Below are positions 39,051 to 52,242 of a stretch of DNA of 64,000 nt, one piece after another; within the stretch, counting starts at the first letter, position 1; each line of letters starts with the position of its first letter. Position numbers and translations under genes: made by a program. Source of the stretch: Mobula hypostoma (Eukaryota); NCBI RefSeq assembly GCF_963921235.1, contig NC_086108.1, forward strand, positions 103,356,001-103,420,000. The letters are read 5' to 3'. The notes beneath the pieces were generated by a model, which was not told the DNA's origin, made no database searches, and worked only from the letters and a program-made list of their open reading frames with translations.

Positions 39051-40260
39051 CCAGGCCATCATATTTACACCATCAGGTTGGAGGCTTGGCATGAAAGAAG
39101 ACCATGTCAGAACAGGAATGGGAATCGAATTAAAATGTTTGACCACCGAGCAGTTCTGCTTTTGGCAGATGGAGACTCAATAGACGGCCCCAGCAAATTT
39201 GCGGGTAAATGTTGCCTCACCTGAAAGGACTGTTTGGGGCCCTGAGTGGTGTTAACGGAGGGTGGAGAAAGGAGAGGGAGGTGTCAAAAGTGGACCAGGT
39301 GAATTTAAGGGCAGGGTAGAAGTTAGAGGCAAAGCTGATGAAATTGAAGAGCTCAGCATGGGCGCATGAATCAGCACCAATGCAGTTGTTAATGTAGCAG
39401 AGGAAAAGCTGGGGAGTATTACTGGAGAAAGTTTGGAACAACTGTTCTACATAGCCAGCAAAGAGGGAGGCATAGCTGGGGCCCTTGCGGGGGCTTGTGG
39501 AGGAACCAAAGGAAAAATTGTTGAGGGGGAAGACCAGTTCTGCCAGATGGAGGAGGGTGATGGTGGTGGGGAAATTGATTGGTTATTTTATTGAGAAAGA
39601 AACAGAGAGATTTAAGGCCTTCTTGATGGGGAATAGAAGCATATAGGGACTGGACAAACATGGTGAAAATGAGGCAGTCAGGGTTATTGAGGAGATCAAG
39701 AGCACGAAACATGTCACAGATATAGGTGGGAAGGGATTGAACCAAAGAGGATGGATAGGAGTCGAGGTATGAGGACACGAGTTCAGTGTGGCAGGATCAG
39801 GCTGAAACAATAGGCCTACCAGGACAGTCCGGTTCATGGATCTTGGGTAGGAGGTAGAAGTGAGCAGTGCAGAGTAAGGGAACTATGAGTTTGGTGGCAG
39901 TGGATGGGAGTTCTCCAGAATTCATGAGGTCAGTGATGGTATCAGAGACAGTGTTCTGATGGTCCAGACTGGGGTCCTCTTCAAGGGACAGGTATGATGG
40001 GTTGTCTAAGAGTTGCTACCTGGCCTCAGCAAAGTAGAGTTCAGTCTGCCACACTACAACAACATCCCTTTTATCTGTGGGTTTGATGGTAAGGTCGGGA
40101 TTGGTGTGGAGAAAGTGGAGGGCAACGCTTTCAGAAGGGGTGAGGTTCAAGGAGAAGTGTGCTGAAGTTGAAACGGTTTGCAATTCAAGATGAAAATGAT
40201 CCAGAGCTGAGAACCTGAACAGGATGTTCAAGAGCAGGAGGGTTGGAGATGGGAGAAGGT
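39050..40260 (-). mobile_element. Degraded Penelope-like RT fragments
   Basis: DLTIKPTDK..VVVW, SLYASIPHQEGL and FLCYINNC (cf. FLRYIDD) remnants, homologous to 33256-34747. Confidence 0.8.
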
Positions 40261-41202
40261 AAATTTATCTGTATCAGAAACTGCCACTTTGCTACAAAAA
40301 CTGAGATTACTCAACTATATTTTTCCAAGAAACAAACCCCACAACTTCTGTTTGGTAGGCTGCCAGGTCCAGGTCCACATTACATGTTTAATTCTTAACA
40401 CCATTTCATTAGCTAGATGTGAAATACTGCCTATGCTGTCTATATCTTAAAAACTCCTATTGAACCTCTTCTGGGATCAAATCAATTACATTTTCATTGC
40501 TGAGACAGAGACTTCAAATGTTGGAATCAGGAGCAGGTTGAGCTGTATATTTTAGTTATTTTCATTTTTACTACTGAGATACAATGGGTAACAAACCCTT
40601 CTAGCTAGGCCACCCAGCAACCCATATATTTACCGCTAGTCTAAGCATGGAACAATTTACAATGACCAATTAACCTACTAACCAGTATGTGTTTGGACTG
40701 TGGGTGGAAACTGGAGCATCCAGAGGAAACCCACATGCACATGAGAAGGAACATATAAACTTGCTTCCAGAGCTGTAAGTGTTGTGCTAACTGCTACGCT
40801 ACTGTACACCGCCCCCCAAGCAGAATTAAGTCTTTCTGGGGGGGGGGGGGGATAAAAATTGTGCTAATTTGGGGTCACAATCTGAAATGTCACAAAGTTC
40901 ACATGCCTCTCCCCACATGCTGCTCAACCCAATGAGATTCTCAAGCAGCTTATATTTTTCAGCTTCTCAGTATAGATCTGATTTCTGGTATTTCATTTAC
41001 ACAAACAAGATGCTGCAATAGAGCTTCCTTCAATTCATGCACTCTGTCCTCTGACAGATCACAGCATCCAATGTGTCCCAAATCCTGTAGACAATTAAGC
41101 ACCCATATGGAATTTTATCTTTGCTCTATACTACTTACTTTCAACCTGCTTGCATACAGTGGAATAAAACAAACAAAACTTTGGGTTTGGTCTCTGTATA
41201 TT

Positions 41203-41935
41203 CAGTGGCCAAACATTTTTAATTCCCATTCCCATTCTGACGTGTTGGTCCATGGACTCTTCTTGTGCCAAGATCCGAGCCCACCCTCAGGGTGGAGGAG
41301 CAACACCTTATATTCTGTCTGAAGAAAGAAGAAGAAAGCCCTTAACTCCGAGTGGAGTCATCGGGACACCGTCATGATGGCTTTTTTTTAGCAAGCTTTC
41401 TTATTTTTACGAGGCCGAGTTGCTAGCTTGACGCTCAACCCAACACGGATAGAAAGCGTACCAGGGGAGCCAGCTGGATTCGAACTCGGGAACCTTCGCT
41501 CTGAAGTCTGGCGCTGATACGACTACGCCACCAGCCAGCCATATTCTGTCTGGGTACCCTCCAAACTGATAGTATGACATCAATTTCTCTTCCCAGTAAA
41601 CCAATTCCCCACCCCCACATTCCCCACTCGGACATTTTACTTCTCACCTGCCTATTACTTCCCCCGGGTCTCCTCCGCATTCCCTTTCTTCTATCGTCCA
41701 CTCTCCCCTCCTATCAGATTCTTTCTTCTCCAGCCCTTGACCTTTCCCACCAACCTGGCTTCACCTATCACTTTCTAGTTATCCTCCTCCCCCCACCCCA
41801 CCTTTTTATACTGATGCCTTCCCTCTTTTCCAGTCTTGAAGAAGAGTCCCGGCCCAAAATGTCAACTGTCTATTCATTTCCATAGATATTGCCTGACCAG
41901 CTGAGTTCCTCCAGCATTTTGTGTGTGTTGCTTTG
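41203..41935 (+). mobile_element. Penelope 3' end (GIY-YIG C-terminus + pLTR), interrupted by a SINE
   Basis: FNSHSHSD..VHGL and EEQHLIFCL remnants; pLTR with decayed hammerhead at ~41830-41870. Confidence 0.8.
41322..41540 (-). mobile_element. tRNA-derived SINE (219 bp) with 12-bp TSD and TTC-repeat tail
   Basis: A box TGGCGTAGTCG, B box GAGTTCGAATCC; TSD atattctgtctg at 41310-41321 and 41541-41552. Confidence 0.88.
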
Positions 41936-42102
41936 ACAATTCAGTTGTTCAACTAGTTAATCTAGTTTTCAAAATTGAGAAATATAGTAAAAAATAAATT
42001 GGAAATGTACAAGCAAAACACATTGGGATAAAAAGATCCTTGCCACTTCTCCAATGAATACTGAAGCCTCACAGTTTTCATTAGGATCTGGTTATGCTCT
42101 AC

Positions 42103-42241
42103 CTTCTTCTGGAGATTTTCTACAAATGCTATGGGTTCCTTCAGTCCTTCCTTCTGATATTTGCTTAAACATTCCAGATCTTGAATAGCTTGGGCCCGCT
42201 GGGCTTCTAATACAGCAATGGTCTGTAGCAGCCTCTGGTAA
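42103..42241 (-). CDS. ZZZ3: ZZZ3 coding exon, first found in window (139 bp): T + [46 protein letters not shown]
   Basis: Peptide matches the recalled vertebrate ZZZ3 segment [15 protein letters not shown]. Acceptor ttatccag, donor gtagag; ends in phase 0. Confidence 0.95.
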
Positions 42242-43297
42242 CTGGATAAGAGATAACACAAAAAAGTGCATTACAATATTATCCTAAACAAGACAAGAGT
42301 TAAACAAAGTGAAGCATGAGAAACATGACCAGGCCTTGATATAAAGATCTCCAGTACACTTTCTTAAAAAATCAAGTTACTCTTAATAAAAAATACTTTA
42401 GGGCCTCCAGGACAAGCAGGAGAACTGCATGCCGGAGAGGCCAACAGCAGTGGTGGTAGAGATATTGGAGGGGATTCTGAGCAACAGGCTGCATTTGAAA
42501 AGTCCACGCCATCTATCCACAGCTATCACGGGGCAGGAGGTACAGAAGTTCCACACCATCAGGTTCAAGAACGTCCAGTTCCCTTCAACCACTTGGTTCT
42601 TGAGATAACAGGCAAAACCCTATTCACTACAGTTTAACAACACTATAACCACTTTGCACTACAATGTTCTTTTTTGTCCTAATTGTATTTTTGTAACAAT
42701 TGTGTTTAATTTGTTTTTATTGTCAATGCTATATGCCATGATGCTGCAAGTTTTTTTCTTTGCACCTATGCACACATGTACTACATTGTACGACAGTAAA
42801 CTTGACTTTGATTTCGAAAAGAATAGTCAGCATGGCCTTTGTGCATGAAAAATTCTGTCTCACAAATTTAATTGAGCTTTCTGAAGATGTCACTGAGGCA
42901 GCAACAAAGCTTCATCAGGCTCCTGAAACAACGTGGATAACTTCACTCACTTCAACACTGAATTGATTCCACAACCTATGGACTCACTTTCAAGGACTCT
43001 ACAACTTACGTTCTCGGTGTTATTTATTGTTTATTTATTATCTTTTTTTGTGTACTGCACAGCTTGTCTTCTTCTGCACGTTGGTTGTGTGACCATCTTT
43101 GTGCATAGGTTTGCATTGATTCCATTCTATTTCTTTGTATCGACTGTGAACGCCAGCAAGAAAATTTCACGGTAATATATCGTTTGATAATAACTTTACT
43201 TTAACTTTGACAAGGTCCAACATGGGAGCCTGGTCCAAAAGATTAGATCACACAGGATCAAGGGTAAGCTGGTCAACTGCCTTGGGGGAAGGAGATA

Positions 43298-45935
43298 GAA
43301 AAAAACATTGAAACACAGAAAGCCTACAGCACAATACAGGCCCTTCAGCCCACAAAGTTGTGCTGAACACGTCCCCACCTCAGAAAGTACTAGATTTACC
43401 TATGGCCCTCTATTTTTTGAAGCTCCATGTACCTATCCAAAAGTCTCTTAAAAGACCCTATCGCATCCGCCTCCACCACCGCTGCTGGCAGCCCATTCCA
43501 TGTACTCAACACTGAGTAAAAAAACTTACCCCTGACACCTCCTCTGTACCTACTCCCCAGCACCTTAAACCTGTGTCCTCTTGCAGCAACCATTTCAGCC
43601 CTGGGAAAAAGCTTCTGACTATCCACACGATCAATACCTCTCATCATATACTCCTCTACCAGGTCATCTCTCATCCTCTGTCGCTCCAAGGAGAAAAGGC
43701 CGAGTTCACTCAACCTGTTTTCATAAGGCATGCTCCCCAATCCAAGCAACATCCTTGTAAATCTCCTCTGCACCTTTTATATGGCTTCCACATCCTTCCT
43801 GCAGTGAGGCGACCAGAACTGAGCACAGTACTCCAACTGGGGTCTGACCAGGGTCCTATACAGCTGCAACATTACCTCTCGGCTCCTAAATTCAATTTCA
43901 TGATTATTGAAGGCCAATACACCATATGCCTTCTTAACCACAGAGTCAACCTGCGTAGCAGCTTTGAGCATCCTGTGGACTTGGACCCGAAGATCCCTCT
44001 GATCCTCCACACTGCCAAGAGTCTTACCATTAATACTATATTCTGCCATCATATTTGACCTACCAAAATGAACCACTTCACACTTATTTGGGTTGAACTC
44101 CATCTGCCACTTCTCAGCCCAGTTTTGCATCCTATTAATGTCCTGCTGTAACCTCTGACAGCCCTCCATACTATCCACAACACCTCCAACCTCTGTGTCA
44201 TCAGCAAACTTACTAACCCATCCCTCCACTTCCTCATCCAGGTCATTTATAAAAATCACAGAGTAAAGGTCCCAGAACAGATCCCTGAGGCACACCACTG
44301 GTCACCAACCTCCATGCAGAATATGACCCATCTACAACCACTCTTTGCCTTCTGTGGGCAAACCAGTAGTGGATCCACAAAGCAATGTCCCCTTGGATCC
44401 CATGCCTCCTTACTTTCTCAATAAGCCTTCGATGGTGCACCTTATCAAATGCCTTGCTGAAAGCCATGTACACTACATCTACTGCTCTTCCTTCATCAAT
44501 GTGTTTAGTCACATCCTCAAAAAATTCAATCAGGCTCGTAAGGCACGACCTGCCCTTGACAAAGCTATGCTGACTATTCCTAATCATATTATACCTCTCC
44601 AAATGTTCATGAATCCTGCCCCTCAGGATCTTCTCCAACAACTTACTAACCACTGAAGTAAGACTCACTGGTCTATAATTTCCTGGGCTATCCCTACTCC
44701 CTTTCTTGAATAAAGGAACAACATCCGCAACCCTCAAATCCTCCGGAACCTCTCCCATCCTCATTGGTGATGCAAAGATCACCGCCAGAGGCTCAGCAAT
44801 CTCCTCCCTTGTCTCCCACAGTAGCCTGGGGTACATCACATCCAGTCCCGGCAACTTATCTAACTTGATGCTTTCCAAAAGCTCCAGCACAAACTCTTTC
44901 TTAATATCCACATGCTCAAGCTTTTCAGTCTGCTGCAAGTCAGCACTACAATCACCAAGATCCTTTTCCAGAGTGAATACTGAAATAAAGTATTAAGTAC
45001 CTCTGCCATCTCCGGTTCCATACACACTTTCCCACTGTCACACTTGAGAGGTCGTATTCTTTCACGCCTTATCCTCTTGCTCTTCACATACTTGTAGAAT
45101 GCCTTGGGGTTTTCCTTAATCCTGCCCGCCAAGGCCTTCTCATGGCCCCTTCTGGCTCTCCTAATTTCCTTTTTAAACTCCTTTCCGTTAGTCTTATAAT
45201 CTTCTGAATCTCTAACATTACCTAGCTCTCTGAACCTTTTATAAGCTTTTCTTTTTTTCTTGACTAGATTTTTTACAGCCTTTGTACACCACAATTCCTG
45301 TACCCTACCATAACATCCCTGTCTCATTGGAACGTACCTATGCAGAACCCCACACAAATATCCCCTGAACATTTGCCACATTTCTTCCGTACTTTTCCCT
45401 GAGAACATCTGTTCCCAGTTTAAGCTTCCAATTTCCTGCCTGATAGCCTCATAATTCCCCTTACTCCAATTAAACGCTTTTCTAACTTGTTTGTTCTTAT
45501 CTCTCTCCAATGCTATTGTAAAGGGGATAGGATTATGATCACTACTCCCAAAATGCTCTCCTACTGAGAGATCTGACATCTGACCAGGTTCATTTCCCAA
45601 AACCAAATCAAGTACAGTCTCGTGTAAGCTTATCTACATATTGTGTCAAGAAACCTTCCCGAACACACCTAACGAACTCCACCCCATCTAAACCCCTTGA
45701 TCTAGGGAGATGCCAATCGATATTTGGGAAATTAAAATCTCCCATCACAACAACTCTGTTATTATTAAATCTTTCCAGGATCTGTTTCCCCATCTGCTCT
45801 TCGATATCCCTGTTACTATTGGGCGGCCTATAAAAAGCACCCAGTAAAGTTATTGACCCCTTCCTGTTCCTAACCTCCACCCACAGAGACTCCGTAGACA
45901 ATCCCTCCATGACATCTACCTTTTCTGCAGCCGTG
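43298..45935 (-). mobile_element. CR1 LINE, 5'-truncated within the APE endonuclease; ORF2 frameshifted
   Basis: YRPPNS, MGDFNFPNIDW, SDHN, PGNYRPVSLTS and SKFADDT motifs spread over several frames; nested in an older plus-strand CR1. Confidence 0.93.
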
Positions 45936-47070
45936 ATGAAGGGTAATATTTCAGATTGGAGGCTGTTGTCAGTGACGTGCTGCGTGGATTAGTGTTGGGT
46001 CCATTACTGCTTGTCATACACATTAATGACTTGGATGAGAATGTTGGGAAGATTATTAGTAAGTTTGTGGGTGGCACCAAAATTGGTGGGCAGTGGAGAA
46101 GGTTACAACAGAATCTTGATCAAATTGGAAAGTGTGCCAAGGAATGGTAGATAGAATTTAACTCAGACAAGAGCTAAGTGATGCATTTTGGAAAGGACAT
46201 ACACAGTGAATGACAGGGCCATGGGAAGTGTCAGAGAACAGAGAGATCTGGGGATACCAATACAAAGCTCCCTGATAGTGGCAACACAAACAGACAAGGA
46301 AGTGAAGGAATACGGCAAACCTGTCTTCATCAGATGCAGTACTGAGTACAGGAGTTGAGATGTCACATTACAGCTGTAGAAAATGTTGGTGAAACCCCCC
46401 TGGAATATTGAGTATAGTTTTGTTTGCCATAGCAGAGGAAGAATTAAGCAAGAGAGGATGCAGAAAAGATTCACAAGGACAAAGCCAGAACTGGAGGGCT
46501 TGAATTATAAGGAGAGTTTGAATATTTTTTCTTCACCATTGCTAGATCAAAGACCAGGAACTCCCTTCCTAACAGCATTGTGGGTGTATAACACACCTGA
46601 AAGACTCCAGCAATTCAAGAAATCAGCTTACCATCACCTTCTCAAGAGCAACAAGGGATGGGCAATTAAATGCTGGGTTAACCTCAAAAGCCCAAATCCC
46701 TTGAATGAATATAGAGGGCATAGGCTTCAGGTTAGAGGGGAGAAAGTTAAGAAAGACAATTAATTTTCCCATACAGAGAATGGTGGGTTGATGGAACAAA
46801 CTGCCAGAGGAAGTTATGGAAGTTGGTACAATTACAACATTTAAAAACTATTTGGGTAGGTACATAGATAGGAAAGATTTAGGTCAGGGGTTCCAAACTT
46901 GGGGTCCATGGTCCTTTTCTTTATGGTAGGGGTCCATGGCATAAAAAAGGTTGGGAACCCATAGTTTAGAGAGATACAGATCAAATGCAGGTGAATGGGA
47001 CTTGTTTCAGAAGAGACTTGCATTGGCGTGGACAAATTGGGATGAGAGGCCTCATTCTGTGCTGTTGAAC
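45936..47070 (+). mobile_element. Older CR1 RT/3' region (continuation of 42820-43297) with nested inserts
   Basis: GLVLGPLLLVIHINDLDE and MQKRFTR motifs; the sequence resumes where 43297 stops. Confidence 0.75.
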
Positions 47071-50000
47071 TCCAAGAACTTAAGTAATAAAGCTTGTTTA
47101 AAATATATAAAGTACAGCATGAAAAACTATAGTATCGACATTTATACTGTTTGGCAGCCTTTAATTTGCTGTTTATTCGAATGCTGCAAACAACATTCAG
47201 TCCACTTGAAGAAAGAATGCAGAAGCTCAAGTTTACTGTTGGAAACAGATCACTAGAACAAATATCCTTAGTTCAAGAGGATAGCTCATCACCACCGCCA
47301 CCACAAACTTCTTGGGGGTAATTAGTCCTGCCCTTGGCAATGATGGCAAAATCCTAAGAAAGGATTTCACTTACATTGTTTGATCCACCTTACACTTTCT
47401 ACAAGGCTAAGTCCTTCCTATTATGTTCATAAGGATTATCCGTGCTGTGCGATTGAAAGGTTCGTTTTTTCTTCCTGGAGCTATAAATCACATATTCCAA
47501 GCAAAATGCGACATTTTAACTTCATAAACTAAGAGCTTGCTTTACTGATTAGAGATAAAGTATGTAAACTCTGAAGGTAGAATTCATCAGACTTGGCTGG
47601 CTTGAGATTAATTTACAATATTACATCCCCAGGAAACAATGGTTTGGTGCATACATTTTTTCAAAAATCCTAATAATGACAAATAGCATCTGTCACTGCT
47701 TTCTATGGCTTATTATCTAGAAACATCTCCATGCATGACGATACACATAAAGTCTTGTCCAAATGCCAATTTTTCCCATACAAATTCCATAAGATGATAA
47801 GACCATAAGACACAGGAGCAGAATTATATAATCTGGCCTCTTAAGTCTGCTCCACTACTACATCATGGCTGATTGATTATCGCTCTTAACCCTATTATCC
47901 TGTCTTCTCCTTGTAAGGATTCCAATGCTTGAAAGGAAAGGAAGTTTTTCTCCTGATCCAGAGGATGGGAAACAATTAAATGATGCCCTCTTAAGTATTT
48001 TAAAGACAGCCTTTAAAAACAAATTTTTAACACAAGTTCAGTTCATTTTGTTTTCAAGCTTCTCTGGAGTCTAATGGCACAGTACAAAGAAAAATGCTCT
48101 TCAGAAAGCATCCAAATATGTGATTTAATAATTAATAGTAGAACATACAGCATAGAACAATACAGCAGAGTACAGACTCTTCGGCCCACGATGTTGTGCT
48201 GACATTTTATTGCTGTGCATAAGCTTTTACTACCAAGGTCTGGATGATGAAATAAGACAAATTGAGATTCACATGAAAACAAAGGTGTTTTATTTCTGTT
48301 ATTGTTGGTAAAGTAGATAAATCCTGTTTATGGGCCTTTTATTTTATCTTTCCCATCCCGCAGCTGTCTGCAACTGCTTTCTCCGTCGGCTGCCAGTTTC
48401 TGGTTTGTAATCTGTTTCTTGATTGTGCTGTGCAGAAAAGTTAGCATATATTGAAATCTAATTTTCTGTGTTGGACTTCTCGTAGTTGAGCGTGAAATTT
48501 GGAGTAACATACTGGAGACCTTATTACAGAGAGACATTATACTAACTCTGGAAAGCATCAGAAGTTTTGGTGGTTCTTATGAAATCCTGTTGAAAGTTTT
48601 TTAAAATTATTGATGCATTCAGACTTGAACTGCTGTTCTGTTTTGTTGAAATAAATCCTTGAAATGCTCCAAGAACAAATTAACCCAATTAAGGTCCCCA
48701 GATGCAGAAACCAAACTTTGGACTGAATCTTACTGTACTAAGCATTTGCAATGCTTAAGCCAATAGTTTCCAGAGAATCCCATTTTAATTTGTTCTTAGG
48801 CCATTTTGGAATCTTGACTCTTGACTTTGACTGGATTTATAATATTACTGGCACCTGTGTAAAATCATTTCCTGCTTTGAAGAAAGTGCATTTTTATACA
48901 AATTGACGATGGAACACTAATTGCATTCAACTTGGTTCCTCTTCTGGGGCTGTTGATGCTTTGGGTGAATTTTTTTTCATATTAGTTAGCCCTACCAAAT
49001 TATATCAACAGTACCTTTGTAAGCTCTATCCTCCTGAACCTGGGTTTTATTTAAAGAACATCTTAAGTATGTGGTAATGGGTTAGGAATAGCTAACGAAG
49101 AAAATAGTAACTTGCAGTGAATTATAGGTTCAAGGCCCAATACAGATATGAGCACAGAAATTTGGCCAAGTGAGGTTGTGGGGGAGAGCTACTCTATTGG
49201 AAGAGCTGGTTTTAGAGGAGACTAGACAACAGTAACACCTAAGCTTGGTTTGTAACTACAGATAGATGCAAATATTCTGTGAAAATATTTTGGACAGCTT
49301 GAGTTATTCCCAATATTCTAGTCAGCATTTATCCTGCAGTTATTTTCATTTTAAAGATATTGATTTACTTATTAATACTTGTGGTAGTTCACTGAGGGCA
49401 ATTTGGCTGCTTCACATCCTGCATTGCAGTCACCTCACACTAACAGTACTTTATCACCTACAACATTCTTTGAGATATACTAAACATATGAAATGGAAGC
49501 TGGATGTAGGCCAGCTGGCCCTTCAAGCTTGCTCTGCGATTCCTCAAGGTCGTGACAGATCTTCAGCACCATTATCCAGAAATGTTTACATAACCTAGGA
49601 TTCCCTTTGAAATCCATAAATCTATAAATCTATGTTTTGAATTAATTAAATGCAAGCTGAAAAAGTCTACACTCTCCAGGATAGAGAATTCCAAAGGTTT
49701 GCCATTCTCTGAATGAAGGCAAACCTTTTCATTTCAGTACTAACTGGTAAACTTGTCTTTCAACTAATGCTGGTGGGCAAGAAGACCTGCATTTACAGTA
49801 TATGTATTGTTGGAGTGGGGATAGTTCAAAGCAGAGGTGTGAAACAACTTCTCTTATTTACACAGAAGTGGATGCTGAGCTGCCAAGGGTGGCAGTGAAG
49901 TCAGATGCGATAGAGGTGTATGAGACGTTCTTGGGCACATAAATGTACAGGGAATAGAGAGATGTGAGCCTTGAGTAGACAGAGGGATTAGCTTTAACCA

Positions 50001-50123
50001 GTGTGGCACAAGACTGAAGATTGAAGGGCCTGCTCCTGTGCTGTTCCATTGAACTGTTCTCCAGGGTTCTAGACTCCTTGGCCAGGAGAAATAGTTTCCA
50101 TGCATCTAGACTATTAACCCCAT

Positions 50124-52133
50124 TATAGAAACATAGAAAATAGGTGCAGGAGTAGGCCATTCGGCCCTTCGAGCCTGCACCGCCATTTATTATGATCATG
50201 GCTGATCATCCAACTCAAAACCCCGCCCCAGCCTTCCCTCCATACCCCCTGACCCCCGTAGCCACAAGGGCCATATCTAACTCCCTCTTAAATATAGCCA
50301 ATGAACTGGCCTCAACAGTTTCCTGTGGCAGAGAATTCCACAGATTCACCACTCTCTGGGTGAAGAAGTTTTTCCTAATCTCGGTCCTAAAAGGCTTCCC
50401 CTCTATCCTCAAACGGTGGCCCCTCGTTCTGGACTTCCCCAACATCGGGAACAATCTTCCTGCATCTAGCCTGTCCAATCCCTTTAGGATCTTATACGTT
50501 TCAATCAGATCCCCCCTCAATCTTCTAAATTCCAACAAGTACAAGCCCAGTTCATATGAAAGTCCTGCCATCCCAGGAATCAATCTGGTGAACCTTCTTT
50601 GTACTCCCTCTATGGCAAAGATGTCTTTCCTCAGATTAGGGGACCAAAACTGCACACAATACTCCAGGTGTGGTCTCACCAAGGCCTTGTACAACTGCAG
50701 TAGTACCTCCCTGCTCCTGTACTTGAATCCTCTCGCTATAAATGCCAGCATACCATTCGCCTTTTTCACCGCCTGCTGTACCTGCATGCCCACTTTCAAT
50801 GACTGGTGTATAATGACACCCAGGTCTCGTTGCACCTCCCCTTTCCCTAATCGGCCACCATTCAGATAATAATCTGTTTTCCTATTTTTGCCACCAAAGT
50901 GGATAACTTCACATTTATCCACATTAACTTGCATCTGCCATGAATTGGCCCACTCACCCAACCTATCCAAGTCACCCTGCATCCTCTTAGCATCCTCCTC
51001 ACTGCTAACACTGCCACCCAGCTTCGTGTCATCCGCAAACTTGGAGATGCTGCATTTAATTCCCTCATCCAAGTCATTAATATATATTGTAAACAACTGG
51101 GGTCCCAGCACTGAGCCTTGCGGTACCCCACTAGTCACCGCCTGCCATTCTGAAAAGGTCCCGTTTATTCCCACTCTTTGCTTCCTGTCTGCTAACCAAT
51201 TCTCCACCCACACCAATACCTTACCCCCAATACCGTGTGCTTTAAGTTTGCACACTAATCTCCTGTGTGGGACCTTGTCAAAAGCCTTTTGAAAATCCAA
51301 ATATACCATATCCACTGGTTCTCCCCTATCCACTCTACTAGTTACATCCTCAAAAAATTCTATGAGATTCGTCAGACATGATTTTCCTTTCACAAATCCA
51401 TGCTGACTTTGTCCGATCATTTCACCGCTTTCCAAATGTGCTGTTATCACATCCTTGATAACTGACTCCAGCAGTTTCCCCACCACCGACGTTAGGCCAA
51501 CCGGTCTATAATTCCCTGGTTTCTCTCTCCCTCCTTTTTTAAAAAGTGGGGTTACATTAGCCAACCTCCAATCCTCAGGAACTAGCCCAGAATCTAACGA
51601 GTTTTGAAAAATTATCACTAATGCATCCACTATTTCTTGGGCTACTTCCTTAAGCACTCTAGGATGCAGACCATCTGGCCCTGGGGATTTATCTGCCTTC
51701 AATCCCTTCAATTTACCTAACACCACTTCCCTACTAACATGTATTTTGCTCAGTTCCTCCATCTCACTGGACCCTCTGTCCCTTACTATTTCTGGAAGAT
51801 TATTTATGTCCTCCTTAGTGAAGATAGAACCAAAGTAATTATTCAATTGGTCTGCCATGTCCTTGCTCCCCATAATCAATTCACCTGTTTCTGTCTGCAG
51901 GGGACCTACATTTGTCTTTACCAGTCTTTTCCTTTTTACATATCTATAAAAGCTTTTACAGTCTGTTTTTATGTTCCCTGCCAGTTTTCTCTCATAATCT
52001 TTTTTCCCCTTCCTAATTAAGCCCTTTGTCCTCCTCTGCTGAACTCTGAATTTCTCCCAGTCCTCAGGTGAGCCACTTTCTCTGGCTAATTTGTATGCTT
52101 CTTCTTTGGAATTGATACTATCCCTAATTTCTC
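50124..52133 (-). mobile_element. Young 5'-truncated CR1 LINE with uninterrupted RT reading frame
   Basis: 554-aa ORF 50215-51879 (SPGPDG, NYRPV, QHGF, DFQKAFD, GVPQGSVLGP, FADD). Manual translation stays open up to ~52131; TTCTATG-type tail. Confidence 0.95.
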
Positions 52134-52242
52134 TATGTTTCTATATTTTAATGAGACATCCTCTTATTCTTCTGGAGTCTGGGGAATACAGTTCAGTCTG
52201 TTCAATCTTTCCTTGAATGAAAAACTACTCTCCTTGGAACTA

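Noticed and set aside
48328..48558. 76-aa minus-strand ORF and a strong-looking plus-strand acceptor (ttttatctttcccatcccgcag) in repeat-poor DNA
   Set aside because: No recognisable homology, neighbouring frames contain stops, and no matching donor or transcript evidence.
50192..51292. Long plus-strand ORFs of 225 and 134 aa
   Set aside because: Antisense shadows of the CR1 RT frame.
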